From NCBI GenBank assembly GCA_951406725.2, contig OX597832.1, positions 56,606,001-56,670,000 on the forward strand: a DNA stretch of 64,000 nt, in the 5' to 3' direction. Position 1 is the first letter of the stretch; every line of letters starts with the position of its first letter. Shown here in pieces: positions 13,483 through 26,384 of the stretch. The stretch comes from Octopus vulgaris. Lineage: Eukaryota. The notes beneath the pieces were generated by a model that saw only the letters and a list, made by a program, of their open reading frames with translations, had not been told where the DNA came from and searched no databases. Made by a program: the position numbers and the translations under genes.

Positions 13483-13629
13483 TGCACATATAAAAGTACA
13501 TATATTATATACATATATATATATATATACATACATATATAGGCATAGTTATATATATTATATATACATAAGTATACATTATAAATATATATATATATGC
13601 AAATATAAATATATACGTGTATATGCATG

Positions 13630-13698
<69 letters not shown>

Positions 13699-14310
13699 AC
13701 CTGTGTAATAACATATGCATGCATGAATATGTATGTATACATGTATATATCTATGTATACATGTGTAAATGTGAATGTGTATGAATATGTATATATATAC
13801 ATGCATATGTTTACATGTGTATACATATATATATATATATATGCATGTATGTATATATATATATATATATATGCATGTACGTATATATATATATATATAT
13901 ATATACATACATATGCATATATTATATATACATATATATATGCACATGTATATATGCATCTATATATGGATGTAATTAATTTAAAACTACTATTCCTGTT
14001 ATCATCATAGAATAACTGTAGATAAATGAAGTCTTATTATTTTAACAAATAACCAGAAAAAAAAAATGATGATAAAATTTTTTTTCAAAATAATAAGGAC
14101 AAAAGAAAGAATTATAATTTCAGTTGCTAGATTTGGATATCAACCATTCTTTGGGAAACGAATTTATTCTCTTCTCAAAGAAGAAGCTACCAACTTCGGC
14201 TACTTGTGAAGCAAAAAAAACTGGAAAGTACACAATTGGAACATCTACCAAAGATGTCAGTGACTTCGAAAGGAAAAGAAATGGCTTCTAGATAGAATAT
14301 AAGGGGAGGA

Positions 14311-14349
<39 letters not shown>

Positions 14350-14549
14350 GTAGTGTAAAATGACTAGTCAGAAAGGAAAGTGAAAATTGGTATCTTTTTT
14401 TGCATGAGGGCATCTCTTTGAAATATCCTGCTCTCTTTGTGTGTGCGTGTTGTGATAATCTGATTTATGTCGTAATAGTTTTATACATAATATGATATTA
14501 TTACATCGTATATTCATATGTATAACATATGTATATATATAAGTATGTG

Positions 14550-14581
<32 letters not shown>

Positions 14582-14819
14582 AACATATATATATAGATAT
14601 ATAAATATATATACATATATGTAAATATATATGTATATATATATATTTATATATATATATATATATATACATATATATACATATATACACACACACACAC
14701 ACACATATATATATATTTATATACACACATGTATATATGCTTGTATGTATAATATATACTTATAACATATATATATATATACAAATATGTGTGTGTGTGT
14801 ATACATACATATATAAAAG

Positions 14820-14875
<56 letters not shown>

Positions 14876-15164
14876 AATATATATATATATATATACACAC
14901 ACATACATAACTTTATACATAGAAATGTGTGTGTATATGTATTTGTATATATACGTACATATTTATGGGTGTAGATTTATATACACACACACACATACAT
15001 GCACAACAGATGCAGCATATTTATATAAAAAGAAAAGACTCTCTTTAGCCAAGAGAAGAAAGACAGGATGACGCTCATTACAGGAATCCTCAAGTCATCG
15101 TCAGGGAATATATAATAGAGAAGATATGTGGGTCTGGATAATTCAATAGTTCACTAAACATATA
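9560..15164 (-). other. Probable long 3' UTR of the LHFPL gene (downstream end uncertain)
   Basis: Follows the stop codon. About 5.6 kb in which I see no SINE copy, whereas flanking DNA has one every 1-2 kb. Several minus-strand AATAAA hexamers, e.g. plus-strand tttatt at 9978-9983. Confidence 0.5.
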
Positions 15165-15410
15165 TCAACTGTGGTGGAAGGCTGGTGAGGTGGTGATGGT
15201 CGTGGAAGAGACCCCCGTTCTTCTTCAGATATGGTACGCTGCACTTTTGTTTTTAGCAGCATGACAAGACAGCAAAGAACAAAGAAGAGTTACTCCAGCG
15301 GCGCCACCTGTCATGTAGAAAGCCCATGACAGTGTACACATTCCTGGAAGGAGAGAAGAAGAAAGGTATCAGCATTAATGAATAGACATAAAGGATATAT
15401 ATATATATAG

Positions 15411-15450
<40 letters not shown>

Positions 15451-15591
15451 GTATATATAAACCCACACATATAAACATACATACATGCGCACACACACAT
15501 ATATATATATACACACATGCAGATATATTCATACACATACATGAATACATACCGACACAAACACTATATATATATATATATATATATGTAC

Positions 15592-15649
<58 letters not shown>

Positions 15650-15787
15650 GTACATATACATGTATATATATGTATATATATATAAATATATATAGTTGAG
15701 GTATGTATTGGTTATGGAGGGAGGTGTGTAGTTGTGGAATTGGGGGTGGTGCTGTTGCTGCTTTAGAATAATCCTTGTTTTTAATAT

Positions 15788-15827
<40 letters not shown>

Positions 15828-16135
15828 TGTATACATATATATACATATATATACATATACATATATACATAGATACATACACACACACACAATACATATA
15901 TATATATACACATACATACATACCCATGTTGGCATAGAAAATGGATGTTAAATAGTGATGATGATGATGATGACAGACAATACATATATAAATATACGTA
16001 CATACACACAATACATATTTATATATATATATATATATATCATACACACATATACACACACATGCACATATATTCCCATACACAGATATATATACACACA
16101 TATATACATACATACACACACACACAAATGTACGC
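13385..16135. repeat. Compound (TA)n/(CA)n/(TACA)n microsatellite blocks flanking the last LHFPL exon
   Basis: Directly visible at 13385-13970, 14515-15000 and 15395-16135. Confidence 0.9.
15165..15343 (-). CDS. LHFPL6: LHFPL tetraspan family (LHFPL1/LHFPL6-like), last coding exon (TM4 and C-terminal tail)
   Basis: Acceptor tttcttcttctctccttccag at 15344-15364. Phase 1 joins in frame with the 99-bp exon: [62 protein letters not shown] at 15165-15167. Matches the LHFP motif GxCxxxWAYYxxGxGxxxxxLLCxxLxC. Absent from the ORF track in this frame. Confidence 0.92.
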
Positions 16136-16208
16136 ACCACTAAATATATAAATAATTAGATTGAGAAAGAGAGAAATAAGAAAAAAAAACCAACAGGTAG
16201 ATTATTGC

Positions 16209-16249
<41 letters not shown>

Positions 16250-16429
16250 TTATTATTATTATTATCATTGTTATTATTATTATTATTATTTCCATTAATG
16301 GAAGTTAATAAAGAAACAGATATAAAAACAGAAACAGAGAATAGCACAAAAGACTACAAATTTAATCTTCTGTTTTCCTAATGAAACACTTACAATGAGA
16401 TAAAACTGAAATAGTGGTTAAATTCTTTT

Positions 16430-16855
16430 GATTCTAACCCCCAAGAGACATCTCTTGGTTTTGCGATACAAACTTTCTCTCTCGAAACAGCGATCTAAAT
16501 GAAAATCTTTCATCAAAATTTCTTGTTAATTAATGTGTTTTTTTTTTGTGTGTTCCAAACACCAGCTTAATAATGACGAAGTTATTTTAATAAATTCTTC
16601 ATAATTTGCAAAATCAGATGAAACAAAAACACCAGTGTATTTCAACAGAAGAATGGTAGCCGTGTTAAATATTGTAAGATTCTCTTAGTCTGTGTTTCAG
16701 TGTCTCACTTGAGACCGTCCTTTGGTTTTATGATGCAAACTTTTTGTTTTAAAATGAGCTAAATTAAAATTTGCCATAAAAATTTTATGTTAATTTATAT
16801 TCAAAAACATCAGCTTAATAATGGCAATGTTATTGGAATGAATCTTTCGTTATTT
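16430..16855 (+). mobile_element. Two copies of family F element; the second is interrupted by SINE A and resumes near 17558
   Basis: Homology to 9014-9300: aaacaccagcttaataatgac, gtgtatttcaacagaa. Confidence 0.55.
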
Positions 16856-16956
16856 TACTCTTTTAGTCTTTTACTTGTTTCGGTCATTTGACTGAGGCCA
16901 TGCTGCAGCACCGATGATGACAGACAATACATATATGAATATACATACATACACAC

Positions 16957-16996
<40 letters not shown>

Positions 16997-17555
16997 ACAC
17001 ACATGCACATATATACCCATACACAAATATATACACATACAGAGATATGAATACACGCATATACATACATACACACACACACACACAAATATACGCATCA
17101 CTAAATATATAAAAGCACCGCCTTTAGTTGATCGAGCAAATCGACCCCAGGACTTATTCTTTGTAAGACTAGTACTTATTCTATTGGTCTCTTTTGCCGA
17201 ACCGCTAAGTTACGGGGACATAAATACACCAGCATTGGTTGTCAAGTGATGTTGGGGGGACAAACACAGATTCTTCAAGTCATCGTCAGGGAATATAATA
17301 GAGAAGATATGTGGGTCTGGATATATAAACACACGCACACACACACACACACGCATATATATATATATATACACACACATATATATACATATATACAACG
17401 GGCTTCTTTCAGTTTTCGTCTACCAAATCCACTCACAAGGCTTTGGTCGGCCCGAGGCTATAGTAGAAGACACTTGCCCATGGTGCCACACAGTGGGACT
17501 GAACCCGGAACCATGTGGTTCATAAGCAAGCTACTTACCACACAGCCACTCCTGT
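16855..17555 (-). mobile_element. SINE family A, full length, carrying two locally templated insertions
   Basis: Reverse complement of the family A consensus, with inserts at 16914-17113 and 17271-17323. Confidence 0.88.
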
Positions 17556-17883
17556 GCTAAATGAAACAAACATAGTGTATTTCAGCCGAAAAATGGTCAC
17601 AAAAGGACCAAATCCTTTTTGAGATTATATTCATGTTATTGTTTAACCCCTGGTAAGACCTAATCAAGCAGATCTACGTTCAAAGACACTACTGTTTCTT
17701 TTCCTTTCTAGATTATACAATATGTTCTCAAGATAGTAGTGTGTAGTTTGAGGTAGATTTGACTGTTATTTCTGGAACATGATGGTGCATGCACATGGAT
17801 GAGTATTAGCTAGTAACTAATACCTCACGTGTTGTTATTTAGCCCTGAGTCAGCTCTGATTGAGGTGAGCTATGATCAAAGGT

Positions 17884-18130
17884 GAGGAGGCACATGGCTT
17901 GGTAGTTAAAGTGCTGGAATCATGATTGTAAGATTGTGGTTTTGATTCCTGGACAGGGCGATGTGTTGCATTCTTGAGCAAAACACTTTATTTCATGCTG
18001 CTCCAGTCCACTCAGCTGGCAAAAATGAGGAATCCTGGGTCAGACCAGCATCTCGCCCATGAAAGAATATATATGCCATGGAAACTGGGAAACTGGCTCT
18101 ATGCTTCATACGGGGTGATGTGGACTAACT
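17884..18130 (+). mobile_element. SINE family D, body type 3
   Basis: D head and core, then atatgccatggaaactgggaaac. TSD gatcaaaggt at 17874-17883 and 18133-18142. Matches 52265-52500 (-). Confidence 0.8.
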
Positions 18131-19449
18131 GCGATCAAAGGTATTCCGGCTTTGACCCTCCAGTCTTTTTTAAGCATAGTGTATCACGGAGTACATCAAC
18201 CATTATGTCAATGTTTCAAAAGTGGTAGGCTGAGATAGATACTGTGATACTGTTTCTAGCAAACAAATGACAAGATGGAAGCCTCCTCACTGCTCTGTGA
18301 GATCAAGCAGATAAAATAAGGGTGGGGGGGGACCCTCTACCAAATCTAAAGTTAATGATAAAATCTTCCTCCTGCAGATGTTATTATATGAAAATTGCTT
18401 GGTGATTCTTTCCATTATCATTTTCAATAGCTGGGATTTTTTCTTTTAGGAATTATAGTCCTAAATGATATCCTTGGCAATTCCAAAAATAATGGTGTAT
18501 GGAAGATGATAACGGAGAATATTAGGAATACATTTCTTTCCCTCCCATTTGAAGGAAAAAGAATCAATTTTCTTCTTCTGATCATTTCATTTTTATTATA
18601 TACATCCCCTCATATCATTCCCTATCTTTAACCACCCCTTACTCTCCCCATACACTCTTGCAACCTCTATCCACCCATACACCCTGTTCTTCTATTCCCA
18701 CTTCTATTCACCTTCTTCTACTTCGTGGGTTTGTCCAGGTTACTTCAACCTTCTCTTCTATAATGGCAGAAACCATGTAGTTCCTCTGCAACAATAGTTC
18801 CCAACCATTATTTTTTTCTTACCTATGGTCCCTTCTGATCCCTATTTCACCCAGGTGGACACCCACAACCACTTGATGTTTAAAAAAAAAATCTTATATT
18901 TATATAATTAAATACGGTTTTCAAATTTTTGCACAAGGCCAGCATTTTCTGGGGAGGGGTAAAGCCAATTACATTGACCCCAATAGAACTGAACTATTGA
19001 CCCCAAAAGGATGAAAGTTAAAGTTGACCTTGGCAGATTTTGAACTCAGAACACAAGGACAGATGAAAAGCTGCTAAGCATAGAAATTATATAAAATAAA
19101 TGTGGCTGCGAACATTACTTGTTAGTACAGCAAGGATCTCTCTTAGATTTTAGGAAGAACTAGCATTTTTGCTTGTTGCAGAATCAGCAACTGTATGTCA
19201 CATGAAATTATATACATATCGCAAGCAGAAGCGAGCTACTGCCATCTCTAGCAGACAAGGTGTCTGACGAAGTACTGAAGAGAGGCAGAAATAGCCCAAA
19301 ACCAGGCTGGTCTGCTGGTCTCGAAATGTTAACACGTTTTGCATAAAGTAGAAATATAACTAATCTTATATGGACCCCCAAGGGACATGGACTTCAAGAG
19401 TCATAAGGACCCTGTTTGACAGCCATCTACAATGATAAACCAGTTCTGC

Positions 19450-19768
19450 CTCATTACCTCTGTCTTAGCAAAGGTGGAGGCATTGTTTTTAGTCGTGTTT
19501 GTTTGTTTGTGGACAAGATATCTCAAGAACTGCTGGATGGATTTGGATGAAACTTTCAGGGATGTTTAGCCTCATGACTGGCACAAACTGATTAGATTTT
19601 GGGATCAATCTAGTACCGGACAAGAATTCTGGATTATTTTCCTTTTTTTTACTTAATGTTTGAGTGGGGTAGGGTTCACTTTTAGTCGAGTTTATTTCAG
19701 ATATTCTCATTTTAAAAATCATCTCTGGCTAATTGTTGAGAGGACATAAATGTTGCCTTGGTGGAGGT
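19450..19768 (+). mobile_element. Non-autonomous Helentron/DINE-1-like element (HINE)
   Basis: 5' ttacctctgtc..ggtggagg inverted repeat, then a (gttt)n microsatellite, core gatatctcaagaactgctggatggatttggatgaaactttcagg and 3' subterminal ggtggaggt. The expected 3' hairpin is not visible because a SINE follows. Confidence 0.55.
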
Positions 19769-20042
19769 CAACCACTTACACAGAGAGCATTGACGGATGG
19801 ATGAATGTGCATCCAGGATCAGCAGTTGCGTAGGAAGTTGGGGACAAGAAACAGGAAGAAAGAGTGAGAGAAAGTTGGTGCGAAAGAGTACAACAGGGGT
19901 CGCCACCACCCCCTGCCAGAGCTTCGTGGAGCTTTAGGTGTTTTCGCTCAATAAACACACACAACGCCCGGTCTGGGAATCGAAACCACAATCCTCTGAC
20001 CGCGAGTCTGCTGCCCTAACTACTGGGCCATTGCACCTCCAC
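19769..20042 (-). mobile_element. tRNA-head SINE with D-like head and an unrelated body (type 4)
   Basis: Minus strand ggaggtgcaatggcccagtagttagggc..ggtttcgattcccagaccgggcg. Confidence 0.7.
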
Positions 20043-20392
20043 TTTGTTGTTGCTGCTGCACTACTGCAGATGTTGCTGTAATTGTTGTTGCTACTACTGT
20101 TACTGTTGTTTTTGCAGCTGTAGTGGTCACCTGCCTCCGCCGGTGCTTTTGCTGCAGTGGTGATGTCAGCAAAAGTAGGCTCATCCTTCTCTCTTTTGCT
20201 ATGGTCAAAAGGTCTTCAGATGATTTATGTACCAACATGTGTAACACCTTGGTTTTCTCCTCTCAGCAACTGCATGAAGGTTAGTGCCATTTGGCAAATT
20301 TACAATGTCTGGGATTGCTTCTAGACTTTCCTAATCCATCTGCACCAACAACTCTATGCCTTAATGCAACCAGTTTTGTTTCTGCACCCGCA

Positions 20393-20617
20393 GGACAATG
20401 AAAAACCTGGCTGATGACAGTCAAGGCTGATCTGGAACCCAACCTAGGCCCCCATAACTACGGCGTTCACCGCTGGAATAAGGAGTGGTTGGAGATCATG
20501 CGGTCGTTAGCCCCAAATCGCCAGGCCTGGTCAGCGTTTGTGAGGGATGCAGCACTGAGGATGAATGAAGCCAGCTCGACCCACCCCGGGTGAATGCTGT
20601 CAAGTCAAAATAGTCAA
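20393..20617 (+). mobile_element. RTE-clade LINE 3' fragment (third family, SR2-like C-terminus)
   Basis: GQ*KTWLMTVKADLEPNLGPHNYGVHRWNKEWLEIMRSLAPNRQAWSAFVRDAALRMNEASSTHPG*, stop at 20591-20593. GC-rich island with a gtcaa-repeat tail. Possible TSD aggacaa at 20392-20398 and 20618-20624. Confidence 0.72.
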
Positions 20618-21631
20618 AGGACAACTGCCACTAACCAGCAGTTGTCTTTTTCTGTGGGTATGTCTCCAATTTTAGTTTCTGATACAGTTCTTCATTTTTG
20701 AAAGTGAAAGTAGAAAACTTCCTTGCCTCCTTTATTGTGGCATATTTCACCCCTACAGTGTCACATCACTCCTATGCCACAAATATCTTCATATTTTACA
20801 CTGGTTTTAACACTTTTCAATTTGGTGCTGTGTCACTTGTTCTAGTTTATGACTTTTATTCCTGTCATTTTGTTTATTATTGTTTTTCTCAAAGTGTTCT
20901 CTACAATGGTTTCAGGGGTGTTAAAAGTAACCCTTTTTCAATTTCTTTCTAACATGATTCTTGTATTTATTTTTAAAAACGTCCATCAACAACTTTACAT
21001 TTTCTTGTGCTTGATGCACTACAGCAGCAAAACCATTAATGCTTGATTTGTGGGTTTTGTCATTTTCAGTGACTGTATTGACATTAATGGCGGCAGTGGT
21101 GGCGATGGTGGTTGAATTTGCATGTGTTATGTGTAAAGAACTTGTTTTCCTTTTCCATGTTTATTTTTTTGTTTGTTGTTGTTATTGCTTTGGTCGGTGC
21201 TTATATTTTCTTTTATGTTGCTGTTGTTGTTGTTGCTGCTGTTTTTATAGTTCCTGCTGATTCTGCTGCTGTGACATCTTTCCATGTTTGATAGATTATC
21301 TGGGATGGGGGGATTAATGGTGAAGGACAATTTCGTCTTAAAAACCACCTTTCACTTTCCTCTTTGTTTGATTTGCCGACGAAGCCGATGCCATATTAAA
21401 TTTTGCTCAATATTTCAAAAAGAAATATTCTCTTTTTCAAAATTTCACCCCTTAAGGGCAGATAACAATAGCTTTTGCTGAGACCCTTATGGTCTGCTCT
21501 AAGCATGACTCACTATACAACGAAAACCAAAACAAAAATAGGCTTATAACAATGCAAACAAGGCAATAACTCACAGGATGTTCACAACATTTCTAGTCGT
21601 GGTGATAAACAATAATAATAATAATAATAAT

Positions 21632-21856
21632 AGTTTCAAATTGTGGCACAAGGCCAGCAGTTTTAGGGGAAGAAGAAGTCGAGTACATCGACCCTGGCAT
21701 TTATTTTATCAACCCCGAAAGGATGAATGGCAAAGTCGACCTTGGTGGAATTTGAACTCAGAACATAAAGACAGGATGGGTAGTCATGATGGGTATACTG
21801 GGCTTCGTATATTTTACCCCAGTGTCACTTTGAAGGCATGCCCTGCTTTCTCACTA

Positions 21857-21890
<34 letters not shown>

Positions 21891-22130
21891 GTAATAATAA
21901 TAGTAATAATAATAGTTTCAAATTGTGGCACAAGGCCAGCAGTTTTAGGGGAAGCATAGGTCGAGTACATCGACCCTAGTCTATAACTGGTATTTATTTT
22001 ATCAACCCTGAAAGGATGAATGGCAAAGTCGACCTCAGTGGAATTTGAACTCAGAACGTAAAGACAGACTAAGCGTTTTACTGCTAAGCATTTTACTTGG
22101 CATCCTAATGATTCTGTCAGCTTACTATCT
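21632..22130 (-). mobile_element. Two SINE B copies with (AAT)n tails
   Basis: gtttcaaattgtggcacaaggccagcagttttagggg at 21633 and 21915. Confidence 0.8.
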
Positions 22131-22153
22131 TAATAATAATAATAATAATAATA

Positions 22154-22208
<55 letters not shown>

Positions 22209-24038
22209 GTAATAATAATGTTAGTCATGGTAGTTCTTCAAATACAAAAAAAAACCCCTCTTGTTGCAACCATGAGCTAAATTACTAGATATTTACTTGG
22301 ATAGATAAAACTCATTTTAGTTCTGTAGACATCTCCAGCTTTATTGTAGTCCAACTTACCATGTGGCGCCATAAATCCATATATTTCTATTCTTTATAGC
22401 ATCGCTTGTAACACTTAGAAACAGCACATCAAATATGACTTTTGCAATTCCATTCCATTCCATTTCACATTTCCAGATATATTTACTTTTTTATTGCTCA
22501 ATAACGTTTCATTCGTTCGTTAATCCATCTGAAGAAAATCCTGAATTCCTTGACTTTCTACCTTAAGCCGGCTTCCATAAGCTATAGACCAAACGCTCCT
22601 TTGATGTAATATATATAAAAGATAACTAATAAATGGCGATTGAGTTCAGAAATAACTTAGTGATACCAGATTTACGTAAGTGCTGTATAAAACATAGTGA
22701 AACCGAAGTATTTCGCATCGATGTGTGGATTACAATAGTATCTTACACCGCAGTATCTTTGGCCAATGTACGTTACTGCAGAGTTTGCGAGAGGAATTTT
22801 AATAGAATGAAGCTGCATGGAAGCCCATCACTACATATGCTTTAAGTATGCCACACACCTTGCTAATTTGAACTAATACTGCTCCTGTTGCTAATAACGA
22901 ATTATTACTTACTATTCTGGCTAAATGTGACACCAGTGAACTTTCAATCAGTATCACTTGACAACAGATGCTGGTGTGTTTACATATAATAAGTACTAGG
23001 CTTACAAAGAATAAGTCCTGGGGTCGATTTCTTCAACTAAGAAACCCCTTAAGGTGGTACTCCAGCATGGGCACAATTTTTTGTTCAACTAGCAACCAAT
23101 TACTGCTTAGCATATGTTGCCAGTGAACACATGCTTCTGATGAAGCTCAAAAAACCCAGAAATCTGGAGTAATCAATGCCAGCACCACAGCTGCTGGGCA
23201 ATATTCACCTGCTGTTGATATATGGCTGTCTTTTAACACTATACGTCTATAAGAGATAGTTTCTTGAGATAAATACCACAGTTTAGAGGGCTTTCAACAG
23301 TATGTATGATTTAAGTATGATATACAGATTGCAAATGAATATGTATATTTTATAGCAGGCTTCCATACAGTTTTCATCAACAAAATATTCATGGTTGGGT
23401 AGTTATGGAATTTGTTTCATCCCCACATGGGTTTTGGGTTCCATATCACATGTGGCATCTAAGGCAAGTGACTTCTGTGATAGACTTCAACTGCCAATGG
23501 TTTGAGAATGAAATGTTGTGAATGAAAGCTGTACAGAAGCCTTTTGTGTGTGTATATCATATATGTGTGTGTGTGTGTGCATACAGACACATATACATAT
23601 ACACATGTATATTTATATATGTATACACACACACACATATGTGGGGAGAGAGAAAGAGAGAGAGTGAGCATAAGGCACAGGTTTAGCTTGTGTAGTCAAG
23701 AAACTTGTTTCTCAACCATAGGTTTTGGATTCAATCCCAGTGCACAGCATCTTGGGTAAATGTCTTGTACTTTGGCCTCAGGCTAACCAAAGTCTTCTGA
23801 GCAGACTTGGTAAAAGAAAACTGAAAGAAGTCCATCGTATGTATGTGTGTGTGTGTGTATCTTGGCATTTCTTGTCTTCTGAGAAAAACATTAACCAGTT
23901 TGGAAAGAGATAAGGGTTGGCAACAATAAAAGCCACAGACCATATAATACTGACCTCAAAAAATTCCATCTGAGCCATGCCACTACGGAAAAGTGTACAT
24001 TAAAAGGATGATGATGGTTGCACACACCCACACAGACA

Positions 24039-24088
<50 letters not shown>

Positions 24089-24597
24089 GTGAATTTTTTA
24101 TATAGCAATTTATGAGTTTCATGCAACAGCAATCTTCAATGTGTGAACTATTACAGCTTATCATCAATATTTGTTTGAAAAAGACAGTTTGTTTTTAATT
24201 AGTTTTGTTTTATTTAATTGAAATATATGTTAATCTAATCAAGGCTGCCTGTTTGTGTTTTTCTTTTGGTCAAGATTAAGGAATTTTATCAAGTTGGTTG
24301 TGAGTGAATTTAACCATAAAATTAATTGAGGAAGTATTTATTTGTGGGCGTATTCATGATATTGTAAGAGACGTTCATGGTTGAGTGGTTTTGATAATGT
24401 GTTTGGAATTTTGCTTTTTGTTTTGATCTCGCTTGTTAAATTGTTTGTAAGCTAATTAAAGACTTTCGTTAGTTCAGTGTATGTTTTTACTAATTATAAA
24501 TATTAGGGGCTATTTGTATGCGTGTGTATTTTGTTTCTATGTGTATGTTGTGTTCAAGGTTGGTGGTTTCTTTTATGTTATTTATATATAAATGCGT

Positions 24598-24634
<37 letters not shown>

Positions 24635-24719
24635 CGTGCATGTATATATATATATATATGTATATATATGTGTATATGTATATACATATATATACATACA
24701 TGTATATAAACACACATAC

Positions 24720-24778
<59 letters not shown>

Positions 24779-24909
24779 TATGTGTATATATATGTATATA
24801 TGCATGTGTATACACACACACATATATATATATACATGCATAAATATATACATACATATCATATATTTATACATATACATATGTATGTACATATATATGT
24901 CTCTCTCTA

Positions 24910-24942
<33 letters not shown>

Positions 24943-24965
24943 AAATATATACATACATACATACA

Positions 24966-25044
<79 letters not shown>

Positions 25045-25194
25045 CATCTGGTTCACTAAATTTGTTTTGGTGTTGGGATTGAGTGGGCTTCACTAATGTG
25101 TTTGAACTTTTGTTTTGGTCATTTTCGTTATTTTGTATGGTTTAATGAGTTTAAATGTTAAAGTAATTAAGAGATTTGTATTTCTTTATCATAT

Positions 25195-25870
25195 GCACAG
25201 GCGTGGCTGTGTGGTAAGTAGCTTGCTTCCAAGCCACATGTCTCCAGGTTCAGTCTCACCGTGTGGCACCTTGGCTAAATATCTTCTGCTATAACCACAG
25301 GTTGACCAAAGTTATTTGAGTGGATCTGGTAGATGGAAACTGAAAGAAGCCCATTGTATATTTATATATATATATATATAATGGGCTGGATACGTCGCCT
25401 GGCTCACCGATAATTGGTAGACCCACGCAGTTGTCGAGTGGTACCTGCGCATGCGGAAACGACCACCCGGAAGGCCTTCACGATGGTGGAGTTATGATTT
25501 CAGGACGATGATTGGGATAACATGGATGAGAAAGGCGCGATCCAGAGAGGAGTGGACAGCGTGCTGTGACCAGCGGTGTCAAATGGACGCTTGACAGACT
25601 GGTCTGTCAAGGTGATCAAGGTGATATATATACATATGAACATATTTGTGTGGTTGTGTCTATGTTTGTCCTCATCTCCACCACCATCGCTTGACAACCG
25701 ATGCTGGTGTGTTTATATCACCATAACTTAGCTGATCGACAAAAGGGACTGATAGAATAAGCACTAGGCTTACAAAGAATAAGTCCTGGAGGCGATTTCT
25801 TCAACTTAAAACTCCGTTAAGGTGGTGCTCCAGCATGGCCACAACCAAATGACTGAAACAAGTAAAAGAA
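25195..25870 (+). mobile_element. SINE family A with nested RTE fragment
   Basis: Head at 25195-25350 and body/tail at 25640-25870, either side of the RTE piece. Confidence 0.85.
25381..25625 (+). mobile_element. RTE-clade LINE 3' fragment (second family) inserted in the internal (TA)n of a SINE A
   Basis: From 25382: WAGYVAWLTDNW*THAVVEWYLRMRKRPPGRPSRWWSYDFRTMIGITWMRKARSREEWTACC...*, stop at 25592-25594. Fits the RTE motif WAGHVAR..D.RW....EW.PR..KR..GRP..RW. Short (TCAAGGTGA)2 tail. Confidence 0.85.
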
Positions 25871-26325
25871 TTAAAAAATGAAAGATTATCTTGTTTGAAT
25901 TCCTGATCCCTAAGTATCTAAGTATTGTGTGTGTGTGTGTGTGCATGTGCGCGCGCATGTGTGTGTGTGCATGTGTGTGTGTATGTGTACATGTGTGTAT
26001 GTGAGTTTGCATGTGTGGGTGTATGTATGTTTGTGTGTATGTGTATGAGTGGGTATGTGTATGTATGTGTGTGTATCTGTGTATGTGTGTGTGCATGTAT
26101 GTATATATGTGTGTACGTGTGTGTATGTGTTAGTGTGTGTGTGTATGTGTGTGTACATGTATTGGTCAAAACTCCTGTTTGCTTGTTAATCATGTGTGTG
26201 TATGTGTGTATGTGTGTGTATGTGTGTGCATGTATGTGGGTGTATATGTGTGTGTACGTGTGTGTGTATGTGTGTGCATATGCATTGGTCAAGACTCCTA
26301 TTTGCTTGTTAATCATGTGTTACTT

Positions 26326-26384
<59 letters not shown>

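Noticed and set aside
14124-14291. Plus-strand open frame after a ttttcag acceptor-like site
   Set aside because: No recognisable protein motif and no partner exons; lies antisense in the presumed 3' UTR.
10538-16151. Many YIYI/VCVC/THTH ORFs here and throughout the window
   Set aside because: (TA)n and (CA)n dinucleotide repeat artefacts.
23133-23175. Hammerhead-like ctgatga...gaaatctggagta; also partial motifs at 46305-46325 (-) and 48230-48247
   Set aside because: Stem II or stem I cannot be formed or one core box is missing; too decayed to call.
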